A DNA stretch of 59,114 bases, filler included, from Sphacelaria rigidula (taxonomy: Eukaryota): assembly GCA_964200075.2 (NCBI GenBank). It is 6 parts of 6 records of this genome, joined end to end, with 100 filler letters (N's around TTAATTAATTAA, not from the genome) between each part and the next. Parts side by side here need not be neighbours in the genome. Positions count along the whole stretch, not along the records: positions 29,610 to 39,378 come from CAXNAA020007802.1; positions 39,479 to 49,246 come from CAXNAA020007803.1; 4 more parts are not named here. The stretch is one strand, 5' to 3'. Position 1 is the stretch's first letter. Each line of letters begins with the position of its first letter. The translations under genes were made by a program, and so were the position numbers. The notes beneath the pieces are model-generated. The model had not been told where the DNA came from, did no database searches, and saw nothing but the letters and a program-made list of their open reading frames with translations. Of the stretch, positions 35,162-48,711 are shown piece after piece.

Positions 35162-37067
35162 TAGTCAATATTTTCAAAAAAGGAGACAAGGCTGACCCAG
35201 GGAATTATATCGGAATAACGATACTGAGCACGGGAGGGAAAACATCATGTCACACTCTCAACGATATAGTAGGAACGGTGCTGAAAAAAAAAAAATCTCA
35301 GTGAGGGGTAAGCAGGCTCTAGACCAAACCGTAGTTGCGTAGACCATGTGTACATTAAGGGCGATGGCTCAAGGTAGGAAAGACACCGGGCTGACAACGT
35401 ACTGTTTCCTCCTGGGCGTACAAAAGGCTTATGACACAGTATAGAGAAGTGGGCCGTGGAAAAAGTTGTGGGAAACTGGGATAAAAGGAAAGATGTGGAG
35501 AATGGTGAGGAGAACAGTACCGAATGTGCCGAAAGTGCTGTGATGCTAGACAGGGAAATATCGAAACATTTTTGATATTTTACAAGGAGTTGCACAAGGA
35601 TGTACGTTATCACCCAAATCGTTCGAGGTGTTCATAAATGATCTGATAATAGCAATATGAGGAGCAAAACGAGGAGTCAGGGTGGGTAAAGATATGGTAT
35701 CAGGATTGATGCTCACGGATGATTTTGTGAGAATTTCAGGAACAGCAAAAGGATTACAGAAACAGGTAGACAAGGCGCTCAAACTCACTAGGAAATGGAG
35801 AGTGAAAGCGAACGTTAACAAATGCGATGTAATCGTATGCAATGATGATAAAGAATACGGTAGAGTTCGAATGTAAGTGGGTGGAAAAGGAATTGCCAAT
35901 CGTAGACCAGTATACATACCTTGGCGTAGGGATATCAGAAAATTGTTCTTGGGATGCACACATGAATAAAGTAATAGAGAAGGGTAAGGCACAACTGGGT
36001 CGTATGGATGTGATCCTCAGAGACCCGCACCTAGATCCTAGGACTACGAGATGCATCCTGATGAACGTGATTGTACCAAAGCTGGAATGTACAGCAGAAG
36101 TATGGGAGAGGAACGTGAAGTTGGTGAAGAGGTTGGAAACAGTACAGACGGCAGCAGCCAAGAAAATACTTGGGGGCTCAATAACGACGAGTCATACAGC
36201 TTTGAGAGCAGAGTTGGGAATGTATCCACTTCAAACAAACAGAGACAAGAGGAGATTGAGATGCCAAGAAAGCTTAAAGAACATGCAGAAAGAGAATTTT
36301 CCAGCCATGGTTGATAGGGCTGTATGGAAGAGAATTACGAAAGGGCAGGCTGGAACAAGGTGGGATAAAGTAGTCGACAAGGTATGGAAGGGGATAGGAG
36401 GAAACCAAGACGAAACACTGTCCACAGGTGAATGCGCGGGGTACAAGACAAGAATAAGAGACATGATAGGAACAAGGGGGGCACAAGCACTCAGACGCAA
36501 AGTAGGCGAGGAAGAACACCTGGAGATATACGGGGGGTTGAGAGATGGGATAGGGATCAAACATATTTGCATGGCCCAACGGATGCGGCGAAATTTTTGA
36601 AATTGCGGTTTCGGGTTGAGGGACCTGGACCTGCCAGAAAGAAGAAGAAACAGACATACCAGTCGTCGAGAGAAGGAGGAAGCGGATGCACAGAATTGCC
36701 CCTGTGGCAAAGCAATCGAGAGCACAAATATTCTAGTCGTACAATGTAATCTATACACGGATGAACGGGACGTGCTAGAGGGGAACATGCGGGACGTGAA
36801 GGAAGGTGGCATGAGGTCGTTTGATGCAGTGGACAGTAGCGGGAAAACGATGACTATACTAGGAGATAGATGGTGGCCACAGATGGCGAACCAGGAGGAG
36901 GATGAGATATGTAAAATATGTTTTGCTGTGTATGGAAGAAACGTCATGAGTACCTAAATGTTAGAGATGTCTTTCTCAGGAGTAGGAACGGTGCCCCGTC
37001 TCGAAAGGGACGCGTGGTCAATGGCCAAACGACTAAGGCAAGCCAAGAATGAGTACACCCCCCCTCC

Positions 37068-37940
37068 CTGTTTCGCCGCCTGTGGCCACCATTTATTTAC
37101 TCAAGTATAGCCATCGTTCTCTCGCTATCATCGATTGTAGCAAAGTCTTTCATGTCACCCACTCTTAGTTACCACATATCACGCTGTAACACGTCCCTTT
37201 CCTCTTTGTGCAGTTCATGTTCTCTCAATGACTTCTACTCCCTATTGCTTCGTCACAGGGGCAACTCTGTGCATCTACGTCCTCTTCCACCCGACTACTG
37301 GTATTCCTTTTCCATCTTTCTGGCAGGTCCAGGAGCCCCCCCCCCCCCGAAATCGCAGTTTCAACATTTTCTCATAACTTATTAGGCCGTGAAGATATGT
37401 TTCCACCTCAATCTTTTCTCTCACCCCCCCGTGAATAATCAGGTATTTGTCCTCGCCCTCTTTCTCTTTCGGCGCTTGTTTCCCCCCTTTTATTATCGTT
37501 CAGTTTGCTCTTGTCTTGTACTTCCCCACTTTCACCTATTGACACTACTATCTTGTCTTGGTTTCCTCCTGTATCCTTCCATACTTTCTCGACTTCTCTA
37601 TCCCATCGTATTCCAGCCTTCCCTTTCGTTGAATTCTTCCATACAGCCCTATCAACTATGGCTGGCAATACCTTTCTTGTCATGTCCCTTGCGTTATATT
37701 GCCATTTTCATCGGGCCTCAATTTGTTTAGAGTGGGTGCGTTCCCAATTCTACTCTCACGACTCGTCGTTTTTGAGCATCCAAGTGTTTTCTTAGCGGTT
37801 GCCATCTGCACTGTGTCCAGTTTCTTCACGAACTTTACGTTTCCTTCTCATACTTCTCCTGCATATTCTGGCTTCGGTAGAATCACGTGAATCAGAATAC
37901 CTATCTCAATCCTAGTACCGAGGTGCGAGTGTCTTGGGAT
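37068..37940 (-). mobile_element. Second LINE fragment (C-terminal region), inverted
   Basis: The minus frame gives LPAIVDRAVWK..TKGKAGIRWD, homologous to 36300-36400. Confidence 0.85.
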
Positions 37941-38042
37941 CACGGCGGTCTTGACTATCTGTATCTATTCCCCTCCCCCCCCCCCCCCCCGAACATCTTT
38001 TTTATATCTACCCCAGAGTATCTACGATGCTGGGCTGTGTGT

Positions 38043-39378
38043 GGGGGGGGGGGGGGGGGCGTTCTCATGTGGGGGGGGGGGGGGGGGCGTACTCATTTGT
38101 TGCTTGGCTTAGTCGTTTGACCATTGACCACGCATCCCTTTCGAGACGGAGCACCGTTCACCGTTCCTACTCCTAATAGAGCCACCTTCAACCTTCCCGT
38201 GTTCATTACATTTCTTCCATACATTACACAAAAGCCTTTTACGTGTCTTATACCCGTCCTGTTTCGCCGTCTCTGGCCACCATCTATCTCCTAGTATAGC
38301 CATCGTTCTCCCTACTGTCTAATGCATCAAACGATTCCATGTCACCTTCGTTCACGTCCCACGTTTCCCCGCTCTAGCACGGCCCGCTCTTCCTTGTATA
38401 TTTCACATTCCGCCACTGTATGACTCCTGCTCTCTATTCCCTTGCCACAGAAGCAGTTCTGTCCATCTACTTCCTCATCCTTTCGACGACTGGTACATCT
38501 CTTTCTTCTTTCTGGCAGGTCCAGGTCCCCCATCCGAAATCGCAATTTCATATTTTTCGCAGCGTCCATTGGGCCATGCGAATATTCTTTCATCCCGATC
38601 CCCTCTCTCAACCACATGTATATCTCCAGGTGTTCTTCCTCGGCTACCTTGCGTCTGAGCGCTCCTTTTCCCCTTATTTCGATTATGTCTCTTACTTTTG
38701 CCTTGTACCCCGAGTCTTCACCTATGCACAGTATTTCGTCTTAGTTTTCTCCTATCTCCTTCCACACTTTCTCGACTTCTCTATCCCACCTCATGGCACG
38801 CCCTTTCGTCCTTTTTTTCCATACAGCCCTATCAACTATAGCTGGCAATCTCTTGTTCTGCATGTTCTTTAAGCTATATTGCCATCGCAATTTCCTCGTG
38901 TATCTGTTTGTTTGAAGTGAGGACATTCCCACCTCGGCTCTCAAAACTGTTTTACTCGTCGGTTTCGAACATCCAGGTATCTCCTTAACTGTTGCCATCT
39001 GTACTGTTTCCGACCTCTCCACCAACTTCACGCTCCCCTCCCATACTTCGCCTGCATATTTTAGCTTTGGTACGATCACGTTCATCAGGATACATCTCTT
39101 GATCCTAGTGTCTAGGTGCGCGTCTCTGAGGATCACGTCCAACCTACCTATCTGTGCCTTACCCTTTTCTATTACTTTGTTTATGTGTGCATCCCAAGAA
39201 CAGTTTCTTTTTTATATCTCCACGCCAAGGTATGTATATTGGTCCACGATCGGCAGTTCCTCTTGTCTCCACTTCCACTTGAACTCTACCGGATTTTTCT
39301 CATCTCCGTTACAGATGGGTACCGCGCATTTGTTGACGTCCGCCGTCTCTCTCCATTTCCTAGTGTATTCTAGCGCCT
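38043..39378 (-). mobile_element. Third LINE copy (RT end to 3' tail), inverted, cut by contig end
   Basis: MDVILRDAHLDTRIKRCILMNVIVPKL, HGPMDAAK.MKLRFR and CFCG..ESRSH.VAEC. Same 3' terminus with poly-C. Confidence 0.92.
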
Positions 39379-39478
39379 NNNNNNNNNNNNNNNNNNNNNN
39401 NNNNNNNNNNNNNNNNNNNNNNTTAATTAATTAANNNNNNNNNNNNNNNNNNNNNNNNNNNNNNNNNNNNNNNNNNNN
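39379..39478. other. Artificial contig linker
   Basis: N44-TTAATTAATTAA-N44. Confidence 0.98.
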
Positions 39479-39517
39479 TTTTAGAGCTTAAATCCGTTTT
39501 TAGGCTGGCCCAGCTCG
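39479..39517. mobile_element. Right end of a CGAGCTGGGCCAGC-family element
   Basis: TAGGCTGGCCCAGCTCG-TA. Confidence 0.7.
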
Positions 39518-40123
39518 TATTAAACTCGGCTAGAGGAAAGAGGGGGCGATCAAGAAAATGCGGACACTGAGGCACTTGATCGCCCCCTCTTTCCTGTAGC
39601 CGAGCTTAATACAAAGAACATGGAAGACTGGCAACGCAACAAAAAATACAGCAACCCACGCCATGCACCTCTTTCTTGGGGACATGTCCATCGTTTGTGT
39701 TATCTGTGGGCTAAGTTTGGGGCCGTAAACACGAGTTCTCATCAAAATTCTCATAAATGTGCCAAAATGGGTATATTTTTCAACATCATTCTAGTATTGA
39801 TAACTACTCTTTTAGTTGTCTTCCTTAGCTTCGTTTGCGCTTCATCTTTCTAACGGACCCAAGTGCAGGATGACCGTCAACGTTGGAAAACACAAACGAT
39901 TAAATGCCCATAAGTTCCCAGACTTGAGAGACAGAGGAAGTATGTTTATATATATATATATGTAAACATCGGAATCTTCTCGACGCATTCAAGGTATGGA
40001 AATGCGTTTATTCAAGGTTGCCCACGTGACTGGTTATTAACATGTCTTTGGCACTTAGAGTATGAGTCTGATCAGCTTCCTCCCCATTAGGCCATGTAGA
40101 TTTTTTTACACGCCCTGGTACGG

Positions 40124-40417
40124 TCATGCGGGATCTTGGCTTCGCCGGCCGGTTCTGATTTGGTCATTCTTTACTGAATGGGAACTTTCAGCTGGACTCC
40201 TGAGATTTTTCCCGTCACGGTTCGATTTCTTTTGTCGACAACTGCAGAAGCGTACCGTCTCTCTAACTGATTTCGTTTCCTCCTTGATTTTCTCCAGACG
40301 CTCCCTGGCGTCATCTTGCTTTTTCTCCTCTTGCTCCAGCCGCTCCTTATGCTTCAACGCGAGCTCAGCATTTTCCCGCTTCCGCTCTTCGATCTCCCTG
40401 GTCTGTTCCTGCTCCAT
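40124..40417 (-). pseudogene. Charged coiled-coil/Cys-containing coding relic of unknown origin
   Basis: E/K/R-rich open frame followed by CSCRQKK. No spliced or continuous ORF could be built, and no family was recognised. Confidence 0.3.
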
Positions 40418-42826
40418 ACAACGGTAAAACCGGTGAAAAAGTGGCGTTCAGTGCACAACAGCAGCGCGCAATGCCATGCAGTGCAGTACATCGCAGTACA
40501 GTACTCAAGCTCCTGTATTATCACCAGCACGTTACGGTGCGGCCTCACATGGAGAGGTTTTCATCAACGCGCAATATTCCATTGTAACGGAAGCCCCAAT
40601 TCGCGTGGGTGGGAAGTGCACTAAATCCAAGTCAACAAGCGACCAGACATCATCAGATCTTGAAACACTGAACTTGCTTCACGTGTCGAGAGTGTACTAG
40701 TACTGGAAAGGGAGCAAGGATGAGCCCTGTTTCGGAGAGACTAGTGACAATGGACCGGCAGCCGAAAAAATCGAACTGGCGCGATGAACAAAAGCCATTA
40801 CCCGGCTGAGTTTGGTAGTTGGCTACAGACTCGCCAGGTGAAGATGAGTTCACCTGACGATTTATTTATGCGTGTTACGTCGGTCCTGGAGCTGCTGCGG
40901 CGACATTTAGAGTGCTTGTACAGCGGTCTTCAGCAACATGTACAGTCCTTTGGGAAATAGACCCCCACGAAGTCCTGATTTTTATTTTTGTGAATGGACA
41001 TCATTTTCAGGTCAAAATGATGCCGATTCACAAAGATTCACGGAACAAAGATCAGCTCTCTAGTTCCCACAGGGTTAATCGATTGGTGATTGATCGTTTG
41101 ATTGTCGCGTCAGCTGCGAATCCAGTCCCGTTAAAAGGAAAAGATACCAACCCAGGGTGAATAAAGAAAGGACATTTTGCTACTTGGTCGCCAACAACTA
41201 TTCCAGAATTTTATTGCTTGATTTGAGTCTGAATACCAATATTCGGATTTTTAGTGGGGATGACAGTCCCAAGTGCTTCGAGCGTGCGCAGCGCTTTCGT
41301 CCAAATCGGTGCCGATTTGAGGTCTGCCGATGCCCACTTTGCCCAGAGCATACTGTGCACCCCCCCTTGCCCGAGTGTTCTCGATGCGTTGGGTTCGGGT
41401 TGCGATTAGGGTTGGCCCTACTAATAGTTCAAAATCATAAATTTCCGTGGAAAATCTTCATCGACCAAGGGGTACTATGACCTAAAAAAACTAGAACCCC
41501 CGCAGAGGCGACTCGAGAAAAGGAAAATATCAAGGCAAGAAATAAAAATGAGAACAATGGAAAGTAATGTGAAGACGACAAACACAGCGATTGTCTTGTG
41601 TAGATGAGCAAGAGATAGCGCTGAAGCTGATGCGCGTGAGTGATGGGTGTCTGTGCGTGTGTCTAAGGGGTTCAGTGTGAGGGTGTTGTTTTGTCGTGTT
41701 GCGTCTTGTATGTAGCATTACAGAGATGTTGAACCAACGACCACTTCGAAAGAACCGACACATTTTTCAACTTGTGTGCGGATGCGGGCTTCGATCTGAA
41801 CAATAAATGTTCCTCATAAGAACTAAAAACGGTCGTCGTGGGTACAATCCGTTTTCAAAAACGATTTAAAAAAAAGCAATTAATGGATTTTGACAAGAAC
41901 CCGCCTTCCCCCTTTCTCTTAGTGATTCGAGAGGTGCTGTTGCTCGGGTGTTCCGACTTCATGTCTTGGCGTTTTTTTCTCAGAGTGGGAACACTTCTGC
42001 AACTCGCTAGGGCAGTGACTTACCCTTGAACAAGGAAGAAACAGTGTTCTTTGTTTGCGTTGTTGCTCGGGAACCTTCAATCTTTCGACCGCGGGTCTCA
42101 AAGAAACGGCTGATAAGATGGGAAAAAAATATGAACAGCGGCCTCACAACTTCGGATGGATGTTATGGCAACATATGTTTGGCCCACAGATTTTTGAATC
42201 CTGGTGAAAAAAATCCGCGGCAAGTTTGAGTTCGGGAACGATCTTATGGCAGCACACAGATTTTCATACCACATTGTTCTGATTTGTATACCTCCACCAG
42301 GGTTTCGAGTTTAATGTGTAGCGTGTTTAAACAGCTCACAGTAGTCCCGTAGGTGTCTCGTGTGTTGTGGTGTGCTGAAGTGATGCAGCGTCACTGCCGC
42401 AGAAAGGTCATCACCACCCCACTAACACCAGTGCCGGTTCTTTCGAGCACATAAGAAAGCGACCATGCCCCCCTCGGCATCTCTATCGAAGGATCGCAAA
42501 ACCACCCGCCAGACAGCGACAATGCGCATCACATTTCTCCTCTCTCAACGTCTCTGCAATGCTTTTGCCAGGAGACCGACGAGCAAGGCGTGTCGTTTTG
42601 TGTCTTGTACGCGCGAAGCGGGCTCCATCGCGCGTGGGGTGCGGCGTGTGGTTGCTTCGTGTGTTGTTGGTTGTGGTCGACAGGATCACTCACAAAGGCG
42701 CAGCCAGCACGCGAGCACATGGAAGAAAAACGCGGCGTGACTCCATTATGACGGCCTGCCGCCAAAACGCAGGAATCCGTGTGCAAAAATCTGTGCTTGC
42801 CGACCCCTGCCAGTTTGCCCCGAAAT

Positions 42827-43360
42827 CCAAGGTTGTGTTCTGTGGGGTACGGTTTTCTGTATGGCCGAGGTATTTTGCCGGGTATTTACCGTACCCGACA
42901 GTTCCGTCACTTCTGTAAGACTTTCATACTCTTACCCGATAGTTCTGCAATATGTGTGAGACTCTCGTACCGTTACCGAGGGTCACGGGTACGCTCTTAG
43001 TAAGATACCTGATTGCAGGTAAGGTTTTCTGCCTCCATACCCTACCCGACAGTTTCTGTGAGTTCTGTACAGAACGTTTACCCGTACCCGGAGGGCGGGT
43101 ATGCTCTTGAAAAAATACGCGATTGCCGGTACCGGTTCTCTGTAAGCCCACCATACTGTACTCGACAAGTTCTGTAATTTCTGAGAGACTTTCATCCACT
43201 CCCGGTACCCGACAGTTCTGTGAGCTCTGTAAGCCTTCCATACCCCCACCCGGGGTCAGGGTGTACCGTTATGTATATATATATACCCAATTGCAGGTAT
43301 AAGCACAGGTATATACCTTGGGGAGGTACGGATATAGGTTCAATCCAAACACAACCTCAT
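42827..43360. mobile_element. CGTACCCGACAG-motif MITE-like repeat (copy 2)
   Basis: Starts CCAAGGTTGTGTT, with repeated CCCGACAGTTCTGT motifs. Confidence 0.65.
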
Positions 43361-43940
43361 GACCTGAACATGTACCTCCCAACGATCAACCCACCCAACT
43401 CCTTCATTCAAAGCTGCACACCAACTATAATTTCATGTTGAAAAAATCTGCAGTTTGGGATCTGACGGGATCCGAGGTACCGTTGAGGGGAAGCACGAAA
43501 CATGAGCAGCACTACAGACCGTCAGGAAGGATCACCTCCAGACTCGATCGAGTGGTGGCTCGAGCGGGGGCGGTTCATCTGCGCCACCAGAAGATCAAGT
43601 AGCAATTCGCACGTCATCGACGTTGATGGTGGTTGTGTCGTGGACATCAGACCACAGGCCGTTATCGACAAGTACAGCACAGACTGTGAGCTGCCACCGA
43701 CAGTCGTCAAGGCCGTCAGCGATTTCGTCGCGTGCAGAAGGGCTTCTAGAGAACGGGCAGCCGTCAATGCTTCATGCACTCTCTGGGAGTGTACGTGAAG
43801 CCGATTGATGTTGGCGATCCCGTGTACATGAACCACTGCGATTGTTCGTGCAGTCTTTCTCGATCGACCCCATGAAGCCGTTCAGAGTTGTCGATAACTG
43901 TCGTCTGTATTTCGCCACTTTCGTCGTGGCGTAGGTCCCA

Positions 43941-44360
43941 CCACAGGGGTGATGATAGTACCAAGGTCGTGTTTTGTAGGGTGCAGTTCTCTGTTACACG
44001 GGGTATTTTGCCGGGTACTTATCGTACCCGACAATTCTGCAAACTCTGTGATATTTCCACACCGGTATACTGGACAGTTCTGTTCAACTCTGTAAGACCT
44101 TCATTCCCGTACTTGATAGTTCTGTGACTTCTGTAAGCCTCCCGTACCGTTACCGGGGGGTACGGGTATGCTCTTGATAAGATACCCCGTTGCGGGGTAC
44201 GGTTTTCTGTGCAACCTTCATACCCTACCCGGCAGTTTCTGTAAGTTCTGTACAAAAACTTTACCCTAACCCGAGGGGCGGGTATACCCTAAAAGAGTTA
44301 CCCGATCGCCGGTACCGGTTTTCTGTAAGCCTCCCATACCGTACCCGACAGTTCTGTAGG
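43941..44360. mobile_element. CGTACCCGACAG-motif MITE-like repeat (copy 3), abutting a Harbinger-like MITE (~44360-44771)
   Basis: Starts CCAAGGTCGTGTT and is colinear with copy 2. Confidence 0.65.
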
Positions 44361-44772
44361 TGGCCGCAGTTTTCTTTTTGGCCACATTTGCTTCGTTGTC
44401 CAAGAGCGGTCAAATTTGGGAAGACGTGCTCTGCTCGTAAAGAATGTTCCAGGCCACCTTTGCATTTTCCAGCAGCCGCATTTTTTTCGGGGGCAAAACT
44501 TGCATTTTTGGCCAAGAATTGCCAAATCTATAAAGCTTGGAAAATATTTTCTTCCTAGATTTGACAGTTCTCGACGAAAAATGCAAATTTGGCCAACAAA
44601 GAAACTGCGGCCACCGGAAAACGCAAAGGTGTCCTGGAAAAGTCTCGGCGAGTGGAGCAAGTTATCCCAAGGTAGAATCCGCCTAGAACACTCCTAGGGT
44701 GTAAAGCGACGCAAAAGGGTCAAAAGGCAGTTTTACAGGATTTTCATGTCTATTCGCCATAAGAAGCGGCCT

Positions 44773-44775
44773 TGA

Positions 44776-44812
<37 letters not shown>

Positions 44813-44975
44813 CGCACTTTAACTGATCCCCCCCAGGGATCCAGCCGTGGTCACATGATAGACGTACCCAACAAAAAACATATTGGAAAACACTCGCTGA
44901 CGAAAAAGTCGAACAGAACGACACAGTAGACTAAGACGCGAAAGAAAAAATGAATGCCCTACAGCTGAAAAATAA
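44773..44975 (-). mobile_element. Retroposon 3' end with a (TCAA)n tail (family 3)
   Basis: (ATTG)n-TCGCACTTTAACTGATCCCC...CAGCCGTGGTC. Near-copy at 53388-53570, partial copies at 24220-24300 and 52255-52320. Confidence 0.6.
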
Positions 44976-47320
44976 GGTAAATGATACCGATTCAATAGAT
45001 AACCGACCCGGGCGGTGGAAGGGTCAACCCCTTCACCGCCCATAAGCCAGCAGGTCGTTTATTCTCCCAGCCGGGGGTTATGAATGTCTGCTTCTGGTTT
45101 GAGACACAACGTTTACATGGGAAGGTCTTTGCCACGCACATGCATGCGCCAAATACATCACAACAGTAAAGTGGATCACGGTTCCTGTGAGTTATTTTTC
45201 GGGCACAACTTAGGGCCACCCGAACTGCTGCTCACAATCATCAACTCATCAACAATACAACAGCAGTGCAGTAGCCGTAATCGCACCAACAGCAACTGCA
45301 GTGGTACATGCATGTGGTCATCACACACAACTGATCTCGAACCGTTTGTTGCTGAACAGTGCAGTACATTCTGAAGTTATTCGAGCATAAGCCAGGGCCA
45401 GCTAACTGCACTGTCGTCTCGAAGATCTACACAGCATGTAGTACAGATGAAAATGATCGTTCCAACAAGTTTGACAAGCAAGAGCACATGCATGCGGTAA
45501 GCACACACAGAAACGCACAACCAAACTGCGCGTTTTGTCGCTCAACAGCTGAGAGGCGGGCGCATTCGGTGCCGGGTGTACATGCTGCCGTTGTTGACTA
45601 CTTTTTTGCGAGTATAATTTTTTACAGAGATGTTCTCACTTGATGACAAAGAAAAATCAACGTGCAAACTGAGGCGGGAAATACGCTTTTAGTGCATTTA
45701 GTGCAATATCTTGAATTCAGTGGAACATCTACACAATGCCGTATCGCTCGATAGATGACGAATTAGTTGAAGGTGGAGTTATCGATCGTCTCCCGTTGCC
45801 GTACAGATTACTCGCGACAAATATCAGCGTCACCAGCTCATTATTTTGTGAGGGGGGCTCGTAATAGACTGTTGCATCGAGATATCTCCGTTCGTCACGG
45901 GGTCTACTTGACATGACTTTCGATCAACGAGGAAGCATCTGACCGGGCTTTTGAGTAGATGGGCATTTTCCTTCTAGAGTAGGCAATTGACAAGATATGC
46001 GGATCACGGTCCAATTCGTCTGAGTCAGTGAGATATGGCTGTGACGGCTTCGACGGCGATCCCCCGTCATATGGACTCAGACCGACCATGCCACATTTGG
46101 GGTTCGACACAGCTCTTTTTTTGCTACATGAAACGCTCTTTTCATGAGCATGTGGATGTTGGGCAACAATAGAGAGTACCGTCCCGGATAACCCCTGACC
46201 GGTTTTGACCCTGCAGTGAATTGCGTGCTGTCAGTATGTGTGTTGTATGTCTTTGCTGGATACAACGGCAAAAAAACAGCCAGCTTGCCATCGCTCTCCA
46301 TTGAACACAGTCTACTGCATACTGCTGATGCTTCTGCTTACAGACTGGTTCACGCTCATCACCCAAAATTGTGTCACAAACAAAATGCCTTTCGCGATAC
46401 CTACCCAATAGTCGCATACATAATATCATACTGGCCGCCATGGACAGCTGAAGAGCGTGACATAGCCGGATTTGTGTGTAAGGCCATAATGGTAGCGCTG
46501 AGGGCGAAAAGGTATATCGACCAATCAGCGCCCGTCAAATTGTTCCGAGATCGAAATTACGTATTCCAAGCCCAATTTTCACCCAATCTCCACATGCTTC
46601 AAATCGTAGTAACTGCTATCGGCTCGGGAATCTAACGAAAAAAACACATTTGAAAACGGTTACTACGGGGGTCGAATCATACCCGAAACCGTGATGTTTC
46701 GGTGACGTCGGGTGTTGGCGTCGTCTAATTTCCACTAATGATAGGCACGAAAGACCCAGGGAGCCTCGTGACTAGAGGTGGGCATCTGTAAAAATAAAAC
46801 CGGCTATGACCGATTCTTGGAAACCCTAACAGGCGTTTACCGGTTACGGTTCTGAAAAAAATGAACCGGATTTTTTCTTCCCCAGTTAAACCGGGAAGAG
46901 GAGGTGTTATTTTGGCGGTTAAACCGGTTGAACCGGTTCGATTGCGAAGTTTGATGTTGAGGAATGGCATGACCCATGCCCATTACTTGTATTTTTGGGC
47001 ATCGGGTTGCAAGGGCGGGTGGGGTGTGGGGTGCATACAGTGCTGGGCGTATTAACTGTTCAGTGTTGTTTTGGGTTTTTTCTCGCGTACTACTCTCCGA
47101 TAGAACTCGGAAGTGCTAGCGTCGTCCGTACATTGTGGAAAAATAAGCACATCCTCAAAACACAGTGCCCAAGTTAGTGTTCGTTGGTGTTATCGGGCGA
47201 TACGAGTAGATACCCTGTGCATCAGGAGGGTTTTATTGACCGTGAAACAGTTACTCGGCTCTAGTGCACTGAGTAGGTGGAATTTCAAAAGAACGAGCCT
47301 GTAATTTTTAAAAAAAATAC

Positions 47321-48711
47321 CAGGGCTCTTTACGTTACACGTTACCCGTGACACGTTACGTCACACTAGTGACGTATTAATTTAGAGTTACGTTACGTTA
47401 CGTCACAGTAACATATTTTGAAACGTTTCACGTAACGTGTAACGTATTTTGGAACGTTATTGTGACGTCTAACGAATAAAATACGTTACGTTTGTGACGT
47501 GTAACGTGAAATGAAACGTTACACTTCGACCGTGTTGAGGGCAAATGAACGCTACGCACGACGTTGTAAGGTTTCATGTACCGCAACTTGGTACGGGAGG
47601 TTCACGGTGGCTGCCTTGTTCGAGCATGAGGCGCGGTCTACTCGATATGTTGACGAGTAAGGATGAGTTTGAGCTAGCGTATCGCTCATGCGTACCTGAC
47701 TCACGTTGAAATTTTTAAGAAATACATGAGTGCGTTATTGATACACGATAATCAGATAGTGAGATACAAAGATGCGCGCAGGCCATGATGTACACATACA
47801 AACGCAAGTATGTACAGATCATACGTTAGTGATACCTGGTAGTCGGTTGGCATTTCGTAGGACACCCAACACATGGCAATCCGATTTTGTATTGCTATAA
47901 TTATTGGCTCTCTCAGCAGGGCGTGTATGCAGAAGATCCATATCCTTCTATACATATAATACACATGAACTGATGATCCGGTACGAATCCAGCCGCGTTC
48001 GCAGGGCGGACATCATGAAGGGAGAAACACATGATGACTCATTGTGCCAAGAATAGAGACAAAAACTTACACAAAACCGTTCGAACAGAGACGGACGGCA
48101 TAAAAACAGAAAAACAAAACAACCCCAAAATAAGAAAACGAAGCAAAACCAACGAAATCAAGAACAAAACTACAGAACAGCAGTGGAGCCACCGAATTTG
48201 TCCACGAGGTCACAAGCTCGTATCACCCTTCGCACCTCTCCAAAGGCACAAGGTCTCTGATTAATTCGTAGTCGATACTTCGATACTAGTTAAGTAAAAC
48301 GGCACACGGCAACTCAAACTAGTGCATACTATGGTTGGGTGTGGTGTGGCGGTGCATGCTGCCGTGGCGCTGAACTTGCGCTTACATCGCGCGCCTATTA
48401 TGATGACGTATGCACACTCATCTAGAACTCATGTATCATATCATGCGAGTATCACATATGCTATTCTAACACTAGTTGTGGTACAAGTTGAGCGTGTGAC
48501 GGTCGTGACGTTCATTCAGACGCCACAAACGTATAATGATGTGTCATGTAACCTTTATTGCGACGTGTAAAAACATGTGTCACGTCACATTTTTTCACCG
48601 GTACTTTACGATACGTCACATTTATGACGTATTCGAAAAATATACGTTACAATACGTCACACCCTTGTGACGTACGTTTGTGACGTGTAACGTGTAACGT
48701 AAAGAGCCCTG
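47321..48711. mobile_element. Non-autonomous hAT element (1391 bp)
   Basis: TIR CAGGGCTCTTTACGTTACACGTTAC at both ends, an exact 8-bp TSD AAAAATAC, and dense subterminal CGTTA/CGTCA repeats. Confidence 0.93.

Larger units (their letters stand above)
31870..37064 (+). mobile_element. Degraded, near full-length non-LTR retrotransposon (LINE): APE endonuclease, RT and C-terminal Cys region
   Basis: APE motifs YIYMPP, VGDFNARVG, TW, TDHCLIW (32400-33180). RT motifs FKKGDKADPGNY.GIT, AYD, GVAQG, TDD, YTYLG. C-terminal CPCG..ES....C. Multiple stops and frameshifts. Interrupted at 34096-35161. The 5' boundary is approximate. Confidence 0.92.

Noticed and set aside
29267..39517. One large transposon bounded by the TIRs at 29267 and ~39517 enclosing contig 4
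   Set aside because: The two ends lie in different, artificially joined contigs.
43502..43900. 98-aa ORF between two MITE copies as captured cargo
   Set aside because: No recognisable motif or splice structure, and the flanking copies are in direct orientation without a shared TSD.
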